64,000 nt of DNA, taken from the NCBI GenBank assembly GCA_044226015.1, contig JBGAHS010000001.1:32001-96000 (forward strand). Direction: 5' to 3'. Made by a program: the position numbers and the translations under genes. Below the pieces are notes generated by a model that saw only the letters and a list, made by a program, of their open reading frames with translations, did not search any database and was not told where the DNA came from. Source of the stretch: Candidatus Obscuribacteraceae bacterium. GTDB taxonomy: Bacteria; Cyanobacteriota; Vampirovibrionia; Obscuribacterales; Obscuribacteraceae. Positions within the stretch are counted from its first letter, which is position 1, and each line of letters opens with the position of its first letter. Shown piece by piece: positions 20,801 through 29,770 of the stretch.

Positions 20801-21700
20801 ATGAATTCATTCTGGAAAATTGTCGCTACTCTTCTTTATGCTCTGTTTTTTCCGTCAATGACTTTGGCAGATCAAATCGTAGGGCAACATTACACTCTTC
20901 CTGGAACCCAAGTTCGGGAACTTCATTCTGAAATTGTGGGCATTGATTATCGGCTATACATCAGTCTTCCGAGAGATTACGACAAAGCAAATTCTTCAAA
21001 TTATCCGGTCGTTTTTCTCCTGGATGCGAACTATACTTTTGCGATGTATCAGAGTATAGTCACATTTCTTGCTGATGAAGACGAGCTACCCCCAATGATT
21101 TTAGTGGGAATTGGCTATCGTGATGTCGAGGATGAAAAGCATGGTGCTTTGTTCAAAACGAATCGAACACGGGACTACACGCCATTTCACGTTGCCGCTG
21201 GAGGGTATGGTCCGGAGTTCGATAAGCAATCAGGTGGTGCTAACCGCTTTCTTGATTTTATCGAACAAGAACTCAAGCCATTTCTTGTGGCCAATTTTCG
21301 AATCAAGAAGGATGATTTCACATTGGCAGGCAATTCATTTGGAGGATTGCTAGGTAGTTATGCTTTGCTATCTCGCCCAGGTCAGTTTCAGAGGTTCCTC
21401 ATAGTTAGCCCTTCCCTTTGGTACGATAAACGCAAGATGTTTTCGGTGGAAAACAGTTTTCTTCTAAGCCACAGGGATTTGCCTGCACGTGTTTTCTTTT
21501 GCGTCGGGGGTGACGAACGAGCCAGTCGAGGATTTACCGAGATGGTGGGCGACCTGAAGTCGTTCGTTGGCAAATTGCAAGCACAGAAGTATCCCAAATT
21601 TCGAAGTCAGCTTTGGATAGCGCCAGATGAAGGGCACCACAGCGTATTTGCGCCCGCAGCGATGCGAGGGATGCGTTGGCTGTTCTCAAACTCAAAATGA
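20801..21700 (+). CDS. Alpha/beta-hydrolase esterase (IroE/Fes-like), exported
   Basis: YPVVFLLDA, RTRDYTP, GNSFGG nucleophile elbow, SPSLW, EGHHSV; signal peptide. Confidence 0.85.
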   Translation: MNSFWKIVATLLYALFFPSMTLADQIVGQHYTLPGTQVRELHSEIVGIDYRLYISLPRDYDKANSSNYPVVFLLDANYTFAMYQSIVTFLADEDELPPMILVGIGYRDVEDEKHGALFKTNRTRDYTPFHVAAGGYGPEFDKQSGGANRFLDFIEQELKPFLVANFRIKKDDFTLAGNSFGGLLGSYALLSRPGQFQRFLIVSPSLWYDKRKMFSVENSFLLSHRDLPARVFFCVGGDERASRGFTEMVGDLKSFVGKLQAQKYPKFRSQLWIAPDEGHHSVFAPAAMRGMRWLFSNSK

Positions 21701-21701
21701 A

Positions 21702-21876
21702 TGAATACGCCGCAGTCGAGGCTTGTTCTTCTCAGAAGCCTGCGCTGCGGCGTATTCACATCGGGTTGGTTGGGCTGGTAAGAAGATACTATTGCCAATT
21801 TGTGGAATTTTTGTGCGCAAGAATGTGGGTTACACGTACACAAATCTGTATTGACTTAGCTAGGTTCGCGCTAAAT
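21702..21876 (-). ncRNA. Candidate sRNA family A, class II, copy 1, with its conserved upstream region
   Basis: Same core ACCAGCCCAACCAACCCGAT, a different 14-bp-stem hairpin, TAGTAT -10-like box; ~100 bp upstream shared with the 23.7-kb copy. Confidence 0.6.
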
Positions 21877-21959
21877 TTAATCTCCGTGACGTACAAAGGT
21901 ACAATTCTGTAATATCTTGTTTTTATTCTCGTTTGTGGATGGCGAGCGAGGGGACGGTA

Positions 21960-23672
21960 ATGGCTGAGGGCGAGAAGGACAAATTGGTTCTTGCGGTTGC
22001 GCCGGAAGATAGCGCTAATTCCTCATCTACGCAACTTAGAAATGAGGCAGATAATGCGTTTAATGAAGCCTATTTCTCAGCCAGGCGCCTCCGCAATGAT
22101 ATTTCTGGCTTACCCCCTGAAGACAGACGCAAGTGGCTGAACGTGGAGATAGAGCTGGTTGAGAGCCAAAACCCAAAATCGCGTGAAGCAACACTTGCGA
22201 AGAGAAAAGAACAGTTTCCTGAATTGGATTTGAAGGCTAGCCAGCTTCTAGACACACTTAAAACGGCAGAAGACTTGCAAGCCCGTTCAGAAGACAAGGC
22301 TCGCAAAGAATACGCTATGAAAAAGTTTGGAACTGAGCTGGTGGCGGACTACTTGCAAGGTGTGCGTTTCCTCGGAATTAGTGAAGGTAAGAAGGACTAT
22401 TTTTCAGGTCTCTTGTCGCCGACAAAGGCAAAGTCCAGCTTGTTTCTCGATTTACCTTCGGATATGAAACTCGGCAATTCTTTGTTTTCTGGCGCAAGAA
22501 CGGATGTATCGTTAACTTCTGTTTGGGCAAAAAGAGAAGCCAGCGAGTTCTCTGCTTACCCCACCTCAGTTGACCGACTGAAACTCCACCAGGACGAGAT
22601 AGTTTCGCGATTTGATGCTATTCTAATGGGCGAATTCGGAAAATTCTTGCGGGACGATATGGCTGCTCTTTTCGGCAGCAAGTATGCTTCTGCTGACGAA
22701 AAAACTGCGTTTGTCAAACAAGTGGCAAGGCTCATGGATGGTACTGACCCTAAATCACCAACCGCACATGCCAATTATTTGCTTGCGTTGCTGATGATCA
22801 GGAATGCGGGAAGTATCGACAGGATAGATCAAGGTAGTAATGGAACATGCGCCATTCAATCGTTGGAAAAGCGATTGATCGCGCGTAACCCAGGGCTTTT
22901 GTCAGAAAAAATGGTAGACCTGATGCTAAATGATAAGTTCGAGTTTGGTACCGCAGGTAGTACTGTCTCGTTGAAGCCTGAGTGGAAGTATTCGTCAAAT
23001 CCTAATTCCTATGCATACCCACCAATAGATGGGGAACGGAATTTCGCCAGTCATGTGGCAACAATGGTATTAGCAAATGCGCGATTTGAGCTGCACAATA
23101 AAAGCTATGGCACACAACTCCGCTATGGTCAGCATGAGGGTAAAGATGCTCTTTTCGATTGTTCAGGGAAAGAACCAAAGCTGGTCTACGGAGTTTCGGG
23201 CAAGAAAGTTGACCTTGAGCCTGTTGCAATAAGGAATACGTGGAAAGGAACAGAGAAGCTGCACAAAAAGCCGGTCTCTGATCCAATGGTTAGTTTGTCA
23301 AATGTGCTCGATACTTATGAGGCTTTCACTGGGCAGAGCGCTTCGAAGATTTCGCTGCAGTCCTATGATGCGGCGCGTCTTCCAGGGTCTTTGTATCAAC
23401 TACTGACGGCAACCGAAGATGTTCGAGATAAGAGAGCTCTGGTATACAGGAACCCAGGAGAGCTAGAGGAGCAGTTATTGCAAGCAAAACAGAGAGACGC
23501 TTACCCACTTCTTTTTCAGCAGCCGGGACATTTGACCACGGTCAATTACTACGATAGTACAAGAAGACGAGCGGGTTACGACAATCAATGGGGGAAAGCG
23601 AATGACGCGAAAGGAGGGCTTTCGCCTGAGTCTTTAAATAAGTTTGGCGACATGATCGTAGTCTTTAAATGA
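21960..23672 (+). CDS. Putative papain/calpain-fold cysteine protease with an uncharacterised N-terminal half
   Basis: IDQGSNGTC (Gln oxyanion residue + Cys), PGHLTTV (His), DNQWG (Asn, cf. NSWG/NPWG). Confidence 0.6.
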   Translation: MAEGEKDKLVLAVAPEDSANSSSTQLRNEADNAFNEAYFSARRLRNDISGLPPEDRRKWLNVEIELVESQNPKSREATLAKRKEQFPELDLKASQLLDTLKTAEDLQARSEDKARKEYAMKKFGTELVADYLQGVRFLGISEGKKDYFSGLLSPTKAKSSLFLDLPSDMKLGNSLFSGARTDVSLTSVWAKREASEFSAYPTSVDRLKLHQDEIVSRFDAILMGEFGKFLRDDMAALFGSKYASADEKTAFVKQVARLMDGTDPKSPTAHANYLLALLMIRNAGSIDRIDQGSNGTCAIQSLEKRLIARNPGLLSEKMVDLMLNDKFEFGTAGSTVSLKPEWKYSSNPNSYAYPPIDGERNFASHVATMVLANARFELHNKSYGTQLRYGQHEGKDALFDCSGKEPKLVYGVSGKKVDLEPVAIRNTWKGTEKLHKKPVSDPMVSLSNVLDTYEAFTGQSASKISLQSYDAARLPGSLYQLLTATEDVRDKRALVYRNPGELEEQLLQAKQRDAYPLLFQQPGHLTTVNYYDSTRRRAGYDNQWGKANDAKGGLSPESLNKFGDMIVVFK

Positions 23673-23695
23673 GGCGATGATCAGAAAAATTGGAA

Positions 23696-23864
23696 ATGAA
23701 AACGCCACAGACAGGCTTTAAGAGCCATTACTGCGGCGTATTCATATCGGGTTGGTTGGGCTGGTAAGTAAGATACTATTGCCAAATTGTGGAATTTTTG
23801 TGCGCAAAAAAGTTGCTTCCACGTACAGCAAATCTGATTTGCCCTCGCAAGGTTCGCGCTAAAT
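23696..23864 (-). ncRNA. Candidate sRNA family A, class II, copy 2
   Basis: Direct repeat of the 21.7-kb element; the stem keeps pairing through G-U on the minus strand and the loop differs. Confidence 0.6.
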
Positions 23865-24037
23865 CTAATCAGAGTGTTCGCCGCACCAAGGCGAACGTAA
23901 CTTTGCCAATTTGTTCTGAAATTGATGCAGTCGCTGTTCGGGTCAAGCAGTTGGAAGTAGCTCTGGAATAGGATGTATGTTTTTCGCTGAATCTTAGCGC
24001 GAAGTTGAAAATCAAAGCATCAATTCTTGCTCAAAGC

Positions 24038-24129
24038 AAAAACGCACCGGCAGATGCCAGTGCGTTTTTACATCGGGTTGGTTGGGCTGGTGAATTAAAT
24101 ATAAGATCGTTAGCTGACATCTTCGTGAC
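24038..24129 (-). ncRNA. Candidate sRNA family A, class I, copy 5
   Basis: GTCAC-N6-GTCAG-N10-TATATT; same core and stem, different terminator loop. Confidence 0.65.
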
Positions 24130-24294
24130 ATTGAGGTACCACCTGCCAGATCTTCCGAAAGTTCTATCATGAGGCTGATTCTGGGCTTTTTTTTCTTTTC
24201 AAAGAATTAGTTGGGCAGGGAAGACTAAACGAGATCTCTTGCTAACTTCCCGGCGCTGTGAAATGATGCTCAGCCTGCGTTTAGAGCTAATTGT

Positions 24295-25428
24295 ATGCAA
24301 CTCGGTTCCGCAGTTCTGGAAAAAACGTCAGCTTCCACGTCGGAGGCTACTGTTGCATCGCCAATTTCATACCTTCCTTTTCTTGATGGATTGCGTGCAA
24401 TTTCAATTCTCCTGGTGTTGGGTTTTCACCAGCTTGGACCTGTTACGGGGTGGATTGGTGGGCAATTGAATGGATGGGTTGGCGTAGACCTGTTCTTTAT
24501 TATCAGTGGCTATCTGATCAGTTCAATATTGCTTAAAGAGCAAGAAAAAAAAGGAACTTTCAGTCTAAAGAACTTCTATGTGCGCCGTTGGCTGAGGATT
24601 TGTCCTGCATACTATACGTTTTTGCTTTTTATGCTGGGTTTTATGTTATTCCGTGGTGGTTCTGATTTCTCAGCCTTCGCGATGGCAGGGCTTTATTTAA
24701 CTAACATTGATATGTGCGCGTCATGGGGGCTGATTCCTGCTACGACTGGATTGTTGCATTCGTGGTCTCTTAGCGTGGAAGAACAGTTTTACCTGTTGTG
24801 GCCAGGCGCTATGAAATTGTCTGGTAAACGAGCATTCGCCGTCTGTATGTTCGTTCTGGTTGCGGCCTATTTGTGGAGATTTTATCTAGCCAGTACAGGT
24901 GCCTCATGGCTTCGCCTGTCGGTTGGTCTTGATACCAAGCTCGATTCGATTATGTTGGGTGTTGCAGTTGCTTTCCTCTGGCGTAGTGAGATGTGGCGCA
25001 ACAAATTGATGCTGATCAAATCGTCTCTCGCTCAGTGTTTTATCGGGGTGGCGTTGCTTGTGGCATGCCATTTCTTGGGTCACCCAGCAACAGAGACTAA
25101 TCAGGTGTTGTTTTGGGGTGTGAAACTACCAGTGGTGCTGATGCTCATGGTGGCATTGTTGGTCAGCTTGCTCGCTAATCAGACTAGCAGGCTTGCAGCG
25201 GTTCTATCTAGCAAGCCCATGATTTGGGTTGGACGCTTGTCCTACAGCCTCTATCTCTGGCATGTAATCGTGAATTTCCCTTGTACAGACGGAATATTTC
25301 AGGCGCTTTGCCACCATAAGCGGTATCTTGTTGAATTGGCAAAATATGCAACTTGCATTGGCTTCGCTTCTGCTTCGTATTACTGGGTTGAGCAACCCTT
25401 TCTTAAGCTAAAAGGAAAGTTCTCATAG
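24295..25428 (+). CDS. Acyltransferase family 3 (OafA-like membrane O-acyltransferase)
   Basis: LDGLRAI, GVDLFFIISGYLI, FYVRRWLRI, HSWSLSVEEQFY, SYSLYLWH. Confidence 0.93.
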   Translation: MQLGSAVLEKTSASTSEATVASPISYLPFLDGLRAISILLVLGFHQLGPVTGWIGGQLNGWVGVDLFFIISGYLISSILLKEQEKKGTFSLKNFYVRRWLRICPAYYTFLLFMLGFMLFRGGSDFSAFAMAGLYLTNIDMCASWGLIPATTGLLHSWSLSVEEQFYLLWPGAMKLSGKRAFAVCMFVLVAAYLWRFYLASTGASWLRLSVGLDTKLDSIMLGVAVAFLWRSEMWRNKLMLIKSSLAQCFIGVALLVACHFLGHPATETNQVLFWGVKLPVVLMLMVALLVSLLANQTSRLAAVLSSKPMIWVGRLSYSLYLWHVIVNFPCTDGIFQALCHHKRYLVELAKYATCIGFASASYYWVEQPFLKLKGKFS

Positions 25429-25514
25429 CTTTTTCGAGCTAGTGGCTGCAATCTCATATCTGCGAAAAATATTCCTGATGATCTCTACGCTTTGTTTGAA
25501 ATCAACGTTTGCAG

Positions 25515-28007
25515 CTATAAGGCGCCAGCTGCCTGGTTCTTCGCGTTTTCGCTAAAGTTGTGCAAATTACTTGCATAACGTGGGTTGTCCGGATACAACG
25601 TTACCGCTCGCTTCTCGTACTGCACAGCTTCTTTATATTTGGCTTGTTTGTTTAGCTGCACTGCATAAGAGTTGAGTGCGTAAGCGTACATTTGGTTGAT
25701 TTCCATGTTGTTCGGATTTAATTTGTAGGCTTGTTCGTACTTCTGGCAGGCTGCCGCCCACTGCTTGCTTTCGCAAAGTTGAGTACCCTCTTTAGAGAGC
25801 GCCGCTTGCTGGTCAAGTACATTGTTGCCACCGGGCGCGCCACCACCGTTCATGCCGCTGTTTTGATTTCCTGATGATGGTGGAATGGTTCCGCCTGATT
25901 GTGATGCTATAAAGTCTTGGATCTTTGCCAGCAAGCCACCGCCATGTCCACCTGAGGCACCGCCCATGCCGCCCATTGGACCGCCAGCGCCAATGCCGCC
26001 CATCGGACCGCCGCCGCCCATGCCGCCCATTGGACCACCGCCGCCCATACCTCCCATGGGTCCGCCCATGCCACCCATCGGACCGCCCATGCCTCCCATG
26101 GGTCCACCCATGCCTCCCATAGGTCCACCGCCGCCCATCTGTCCGTTGGGCATGCCCGACGAGAAGGGAGTGCGACGAAGCACTGGCATCGGGCGCGCCG
26201 GAGGCATGTGTCTGCCTGCTTTCAGGTGGTATTGACGAAAGAACTGATTGGCTGGTGCGCTGCCATGTGCCTGCTTCGATTTAGCAGAGACCGGATGCGA
26301 GGGCACTTGCTCGACGATTGAGTTGAATCGCCCTTGCGAGCCATCTGCGGAATCAAGCAAATTATTCATCTGATTGAAAGATAACGATTGCTGCGGTTTG
26401 GGCTGGGACGAAGAAGGCTTTGGAGACGGTTGCTTTGCCGATGCTTGGGCTGAGGGTAGCTTGGCTGCAGCCAACGCATTCGCTTTGTCTAAGAGCCCAG
26501 GTGCTTCCGTGACCGGCGCATTAGCAACATCGGGTTCAACAAATGCAGAAGGCTTCGGAGCCGGATTTGCCGATGGCGTGTCTTTTGAATTGTTGTTGGT
26601 TTGACTGCCGGGTTGGTTGCTGCTAGATGATGATACTGCTGGTGGTGCTTGGGTCGTCTTTAAAAGGAAAAAAGCAAAAACCGACCCGAATCCAAAAAAC
26701 ACCAGTGCCATGCTGGCAAGTAAACCAAGTGTCTTCGGGTTGAGGCTGTCCAGCCCCAACGCAGCCAGCTTGCTTCCAATACCTTTGTCTTTGTCATCGG
26801 ATTTTTTGCCGGCTATCTTTTTCGATTTTGCTCCCTTTGCGGGGGCTTCATGTCCGCGGACGGCTGCCTCTGAAGGCGCTGCTGCTTTCTTGGGCGTTCT
26901 ATTATTTCGGACTTCTGCTTCGTCGCTCTGTTCAGACTGAACATCTTGCTTGCCAGAGGTCTTACCGGACTCTCTGTTCAAAGGTCGTTCTGCTGGTTCT
27001 CGTTCTTGTCTGGCTCCTGCGCCTGTGCCGGCACCTGGTGGTTCTGGAGGGCGCTTTGGAGCAGCAGTGCCTCCCGAGAATAATTGCTCTGGAGGTAAAA
27101 CCTTGATTCCTGATTCTGCAGCTGATGAAGGTTTCAGTGAATCAAGAAGCTCCTTCTTCAGGTGAATCATTGTGTCGTATCGATCTTTTGGCTGCTTAGC
27201 CAAACATCGTAGAACAACATCTTCAAGGCGCTTAGGTATATCAGGATTGACAGCAACCTGGTGAAAAGGTCTTGGAGTGTCATGCACATGCATGTAGATG
27301 GTGTCATATACGGTGGCGCCACGCAGAGGTGGCGTTCCAGTCAAGCACTCGTATAAGCAAACTCCGAGCGAATAGATATCAGTTCGTGCATCAAGTTCCT
27401 GATACATACATTGCTCAGGACTCAAATAGATGGGACTGCCGCAAACCTCTCCCGTCATGGTGATGGCTTCTGCTTCTTCGTCTTCGCTACCATGCACGAT
27501 TTTTGCGACGCCGAGGTCCACAATCTTCACCGTTTCGGTTCCGTCGTCATTTTTGACGACCAGCATATTCGCCGGCTTCAGATCTCTGTGAATGACTCCG
27601 CGCTGATGCGCATGGTACAGTCCGTCTGCCACCTGTGAGAACAGGGCAACAGCTCTTTCCGGAATAAGATAGCGCTCGCGCTTCATGATTTCGTACAGAG
27701 ACTGACCGCTAACAAATTCCATAACAAGATATGGATCATTGTTAGCCATATTTCCAAAGTCAACCAGCCCAATCAGGTTTGGGTGGTTAAGTCTGTTGGC
27801 CATCTGTGCTTCGCGCACAAAGCGCTTTTGTGTACGATCGTCAGTAGTGCGTTGCAGTCTTAACGTCTTGATAGCGACTATTCTGCCCAACACGTCGTGG
27901 CGACATTTGTAGACCATTCCCATGCTGCCGGAACCGAGAACCGACAAGATTTCGTAGCGACCAATGCGGTCACCAATCTTGAGTTCTTCGTTGTACGAAT
28001 TCGCCAT
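25515..28007 (-). CDS. Ser/Thr protein kinase with TM helix, Gly/Met/Pro-rich repeats and C-terminal TPR
   Basis: GSGSMG, VAIK, HRDLKPAN, DLG, YLSPE; (GGPMGGM)n tract; TPR-like end. Confidence 0.9.
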   Translation of the reverse strand: MANSYNEELKIGDRIGRYEILSVLGSGSMGMVYKCRHDVLGRIVAIKTLRLQRTTDDRTQKRFVREAQMANRLNHPNLIGLVDFGNMANNDPYLVMEFVSGQSLYEIMKRERYLIPERAVALFSQVADGLYHAHQRGVIHRDLKPANMLVVKNDDGTETVKIVDLGVAKIVHGSEDEEAEAITMTGEVCGSPIYLSPEQCMYQELDARTDIYSLGVCLYECLTGTPPLRGATVYDTIYMHVHDTPRPFHQVAVNPDIPKRLEDVVLRCLAKQPKDRYDTMIHLKKELLDSLKPSSAAESGIKVLPPEQLFSGGTAAPKRPPEPPGAGTGAGARQEREPAERPLNRESGKTSGKQDVQSEQSDEAEVRNNRTPKKAAAPSEAAVRGHEAPAKGAKSKKIAGKKSDDKDKGIGSKLAALGLDSLNPKTLGLLASMALVFFGFGSVFAFFLLKTTQAPPAVSSSSSNQPGSQTNNNSKDTPSANPAPKPSAFVEPDVANAPVTEAPGLLDKANALAAAKLPSAQASAKQPSPKPSSSQPKPQQSLSFNQMNNLLDSADGSQGRFNSIVEQVPSHPVSAKSKQAHGSAPANQFFRQYHLKAGRHMPPARPMPVLRRTPFSSGMPNGQMGGGGPMGGMGGPMGGMGGPMGGMGGPMGGMGGGGPMGGMGGGGPMGGIGAGGPMGGMGGASGGHGGGLLAKIQDFIASQSGGTIPPSSGNQNSGMNGGGAPGGNNVLDQQAALSKEGTQLCESKQWAAACQKYEQAYKLNPNNMEINQMYAYALNSYAVQLNKQAKYKEAVQYEKRAVTLYPDNPRYASNLHNFSENAKNQAAGAL

Positions 28008-28147
28008 TACCCTCACCGCGCATAGTCTGAGTGACTTGCGAAAAATTCAATGAATATGGCCGCTGGGCGACCATCTTTAATATGCGCTTTTCTTTAGTAA
28101 TTCTAACGGCATAGCGTACCCGTAGCAAATCGGCATGTCAAGATAAA

Positions 28148-29635
28148 TTAACCTTGTGGTGAGCCGGTTTTCGGCTTATTCTTGCTGGCCCAGAAGTAGT
28201 AGATTGGCAGACCGGCAAGAATTATCAGAAGCCCGAAGCCTGCCCAGTCCGGCTGTTTATACATTTGCCCCAACATAACTAACGCTGCAGAAACTATGTA
28301 AAAGACAGGCAAAAAAGGGTAAAAGATGACTTTATACGGCCTTGGTAAGTTCGGCTCACGAACACGGAGAACCATTACTGCACCGACAGTCAGAATGTAG
28401 AAGAGGAGTGCGGCAAACACAACGAAGTTGAGTAAATCGCCGTAAGTGCCTGAAGTGGCAAGTATTGCCGACCATATTCCTTGAACCACCAGTCCAAAAG
28501 TCGGAACGCCCGTTTGCGGGTGTAAAATACCTGCTTTTTTGAAGAAAAGCCCATCCTTAGACATCGCATAATAGACTCTTGCGCCCGCAAGTATCAGTCC
28601 GTTCAAGCAGCCAAAGGTTGAAACCATGATGGCAGCCGCCATAATGCTTTTACCCATAGGACCGAATATGACTTCTGCGGCTGCTGTTCCGACTCTGTCT
28701 TCTAGGGCGTGTTGAATGCCCCTTGCTGCTACAGTGGCACCGTCTGCGGTGCCATGCAAGGGTAGCAGGCACAGGTATACGATGTTCGCAAGAATGTATA
28801 AAGTTACGACGATTAGCGTTCCAATAGCCAGGCTCTTCGGCAGTACTTTCTCTGGTTCTTTTACTTCTTCGCCAGCGAAAGTGATATTGTTCCATGCGTC
28901 GCAAGAAAACAAAGTTCCCACCATTGCTAATCCTAACGTCAACATCAGGTCAATGCCTTCAATCGGCACACCCTTCTCTGTAACTGCGCTGAACATGTTG
29001 GTGAAATTAACCGAGGCGCCAGCGAATTTGTCTACCGAAAGAAAACCTAGGACGATAATTGCGGCAAGTGCAAAAACTTTTGCTGCTGTGAAAGTTGTTT
29101 GAATTACTTTTGCGGCTTCAATTCCGCGGCAATTGACTGCTGTTAGTAGCGCGATTAGAGACACCGCTACACACTGCAATACGCTCACATGCCAGTTGCC
29201 CACGCTGAATATGACGTTTTGGTTGCTGACAAAAGGAACAAAGACACCAAGAAATTTTGCAAAGCCCACTCCGACTGCTGCGATGGTGCCCGACTGAATC
29301 ACACTAAACAAGGTCCAGCCGTAGAGGAAAGCAGCCAACGGACCATATGTTTTTCGCAGAAAGACATACTGACCTCCTGCGTGTGGAAACATCGCAGCTA
29401 GTTCGCTGTAAGCGAGTGCAGCAGCCATAGTCAAAACACCAGCGAAGCCCCAGCAAAAAAGAAGCCAACCGCTAGAGCCCACATTTCGGGCAGTTTCAGC
29501 TGATACTAGAAATATGCCAGAGCCTATCATAGAGCCGACAACAACGGCGACAGAGTCAACAAGCCCAAGCGCGCGTTTGAATTGTCCACCTTCTTGCGGT
29601 GATGGTGCTGATGCGTCAGCGATTTCGGATGTCAT
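28148..29635 (-). CDS. APC-family amino acid permease
   Basis: VGSMIGSGIF, ELAAMFPHAGGQYVFL, RVYYAMSKDGLFF, RPYKV; ~12 TM segments. Confidence 0.93.
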   Translation of the reverse strand: MTSEIADASAPSPQEGGQFKRALGLVDSVAVVVGSMIGSGIFLVSAETARNVGSSGWLLFCWGFAGVLTMAAALAYSELAAMFPHAGGQYVFLRKTYGPLAAFLYGWTLFSVIQSGTIAAVGVGFAKFLGVFVPFVSNQNVIFSVGNWHVSVLQCVAVSLIALLTAVNCRGIEAAKVIQTTFTAAKVFALAAIIVLGFLSVDKFAGASVNFTNMFSAVTEKGVPIEGIDLMLTLGLAMVGTLFSCDAWNNITFAGEEVKEPEKVLPKSLAIGTLIVVTLYILANIVYLCLLPLHGTADGATVAARGIQHALEDRVGTAAAEVIFGPMGKSIMAAAIMVSTFGCLNGLILAGARVYYAMSKDGLFFKKAGILHPQTGVPTFGLVVQGIWSAILATSGTYGDLLNFVVFAALLFYILTVGAVMVLRVREPNLPRPYKVIFYPFLPVFYIVSAALVMLGQMYKQPDWAGFGLLIILAGLPIYYFWASKNKPKTGSPQG

Positions 29636-29770
29636 GAAACTCCTCCAGAGGCTGCGTATTATTGTAGTGGGTTAGGACTGAATTATTGGTATTGCTGGAA
29701 AATATGAGGGTGGTTTCAGTTTCTGAAATCCGTCTTTTGGTGTGTTGTTGATTCTCTAGACGAGGAGAAC

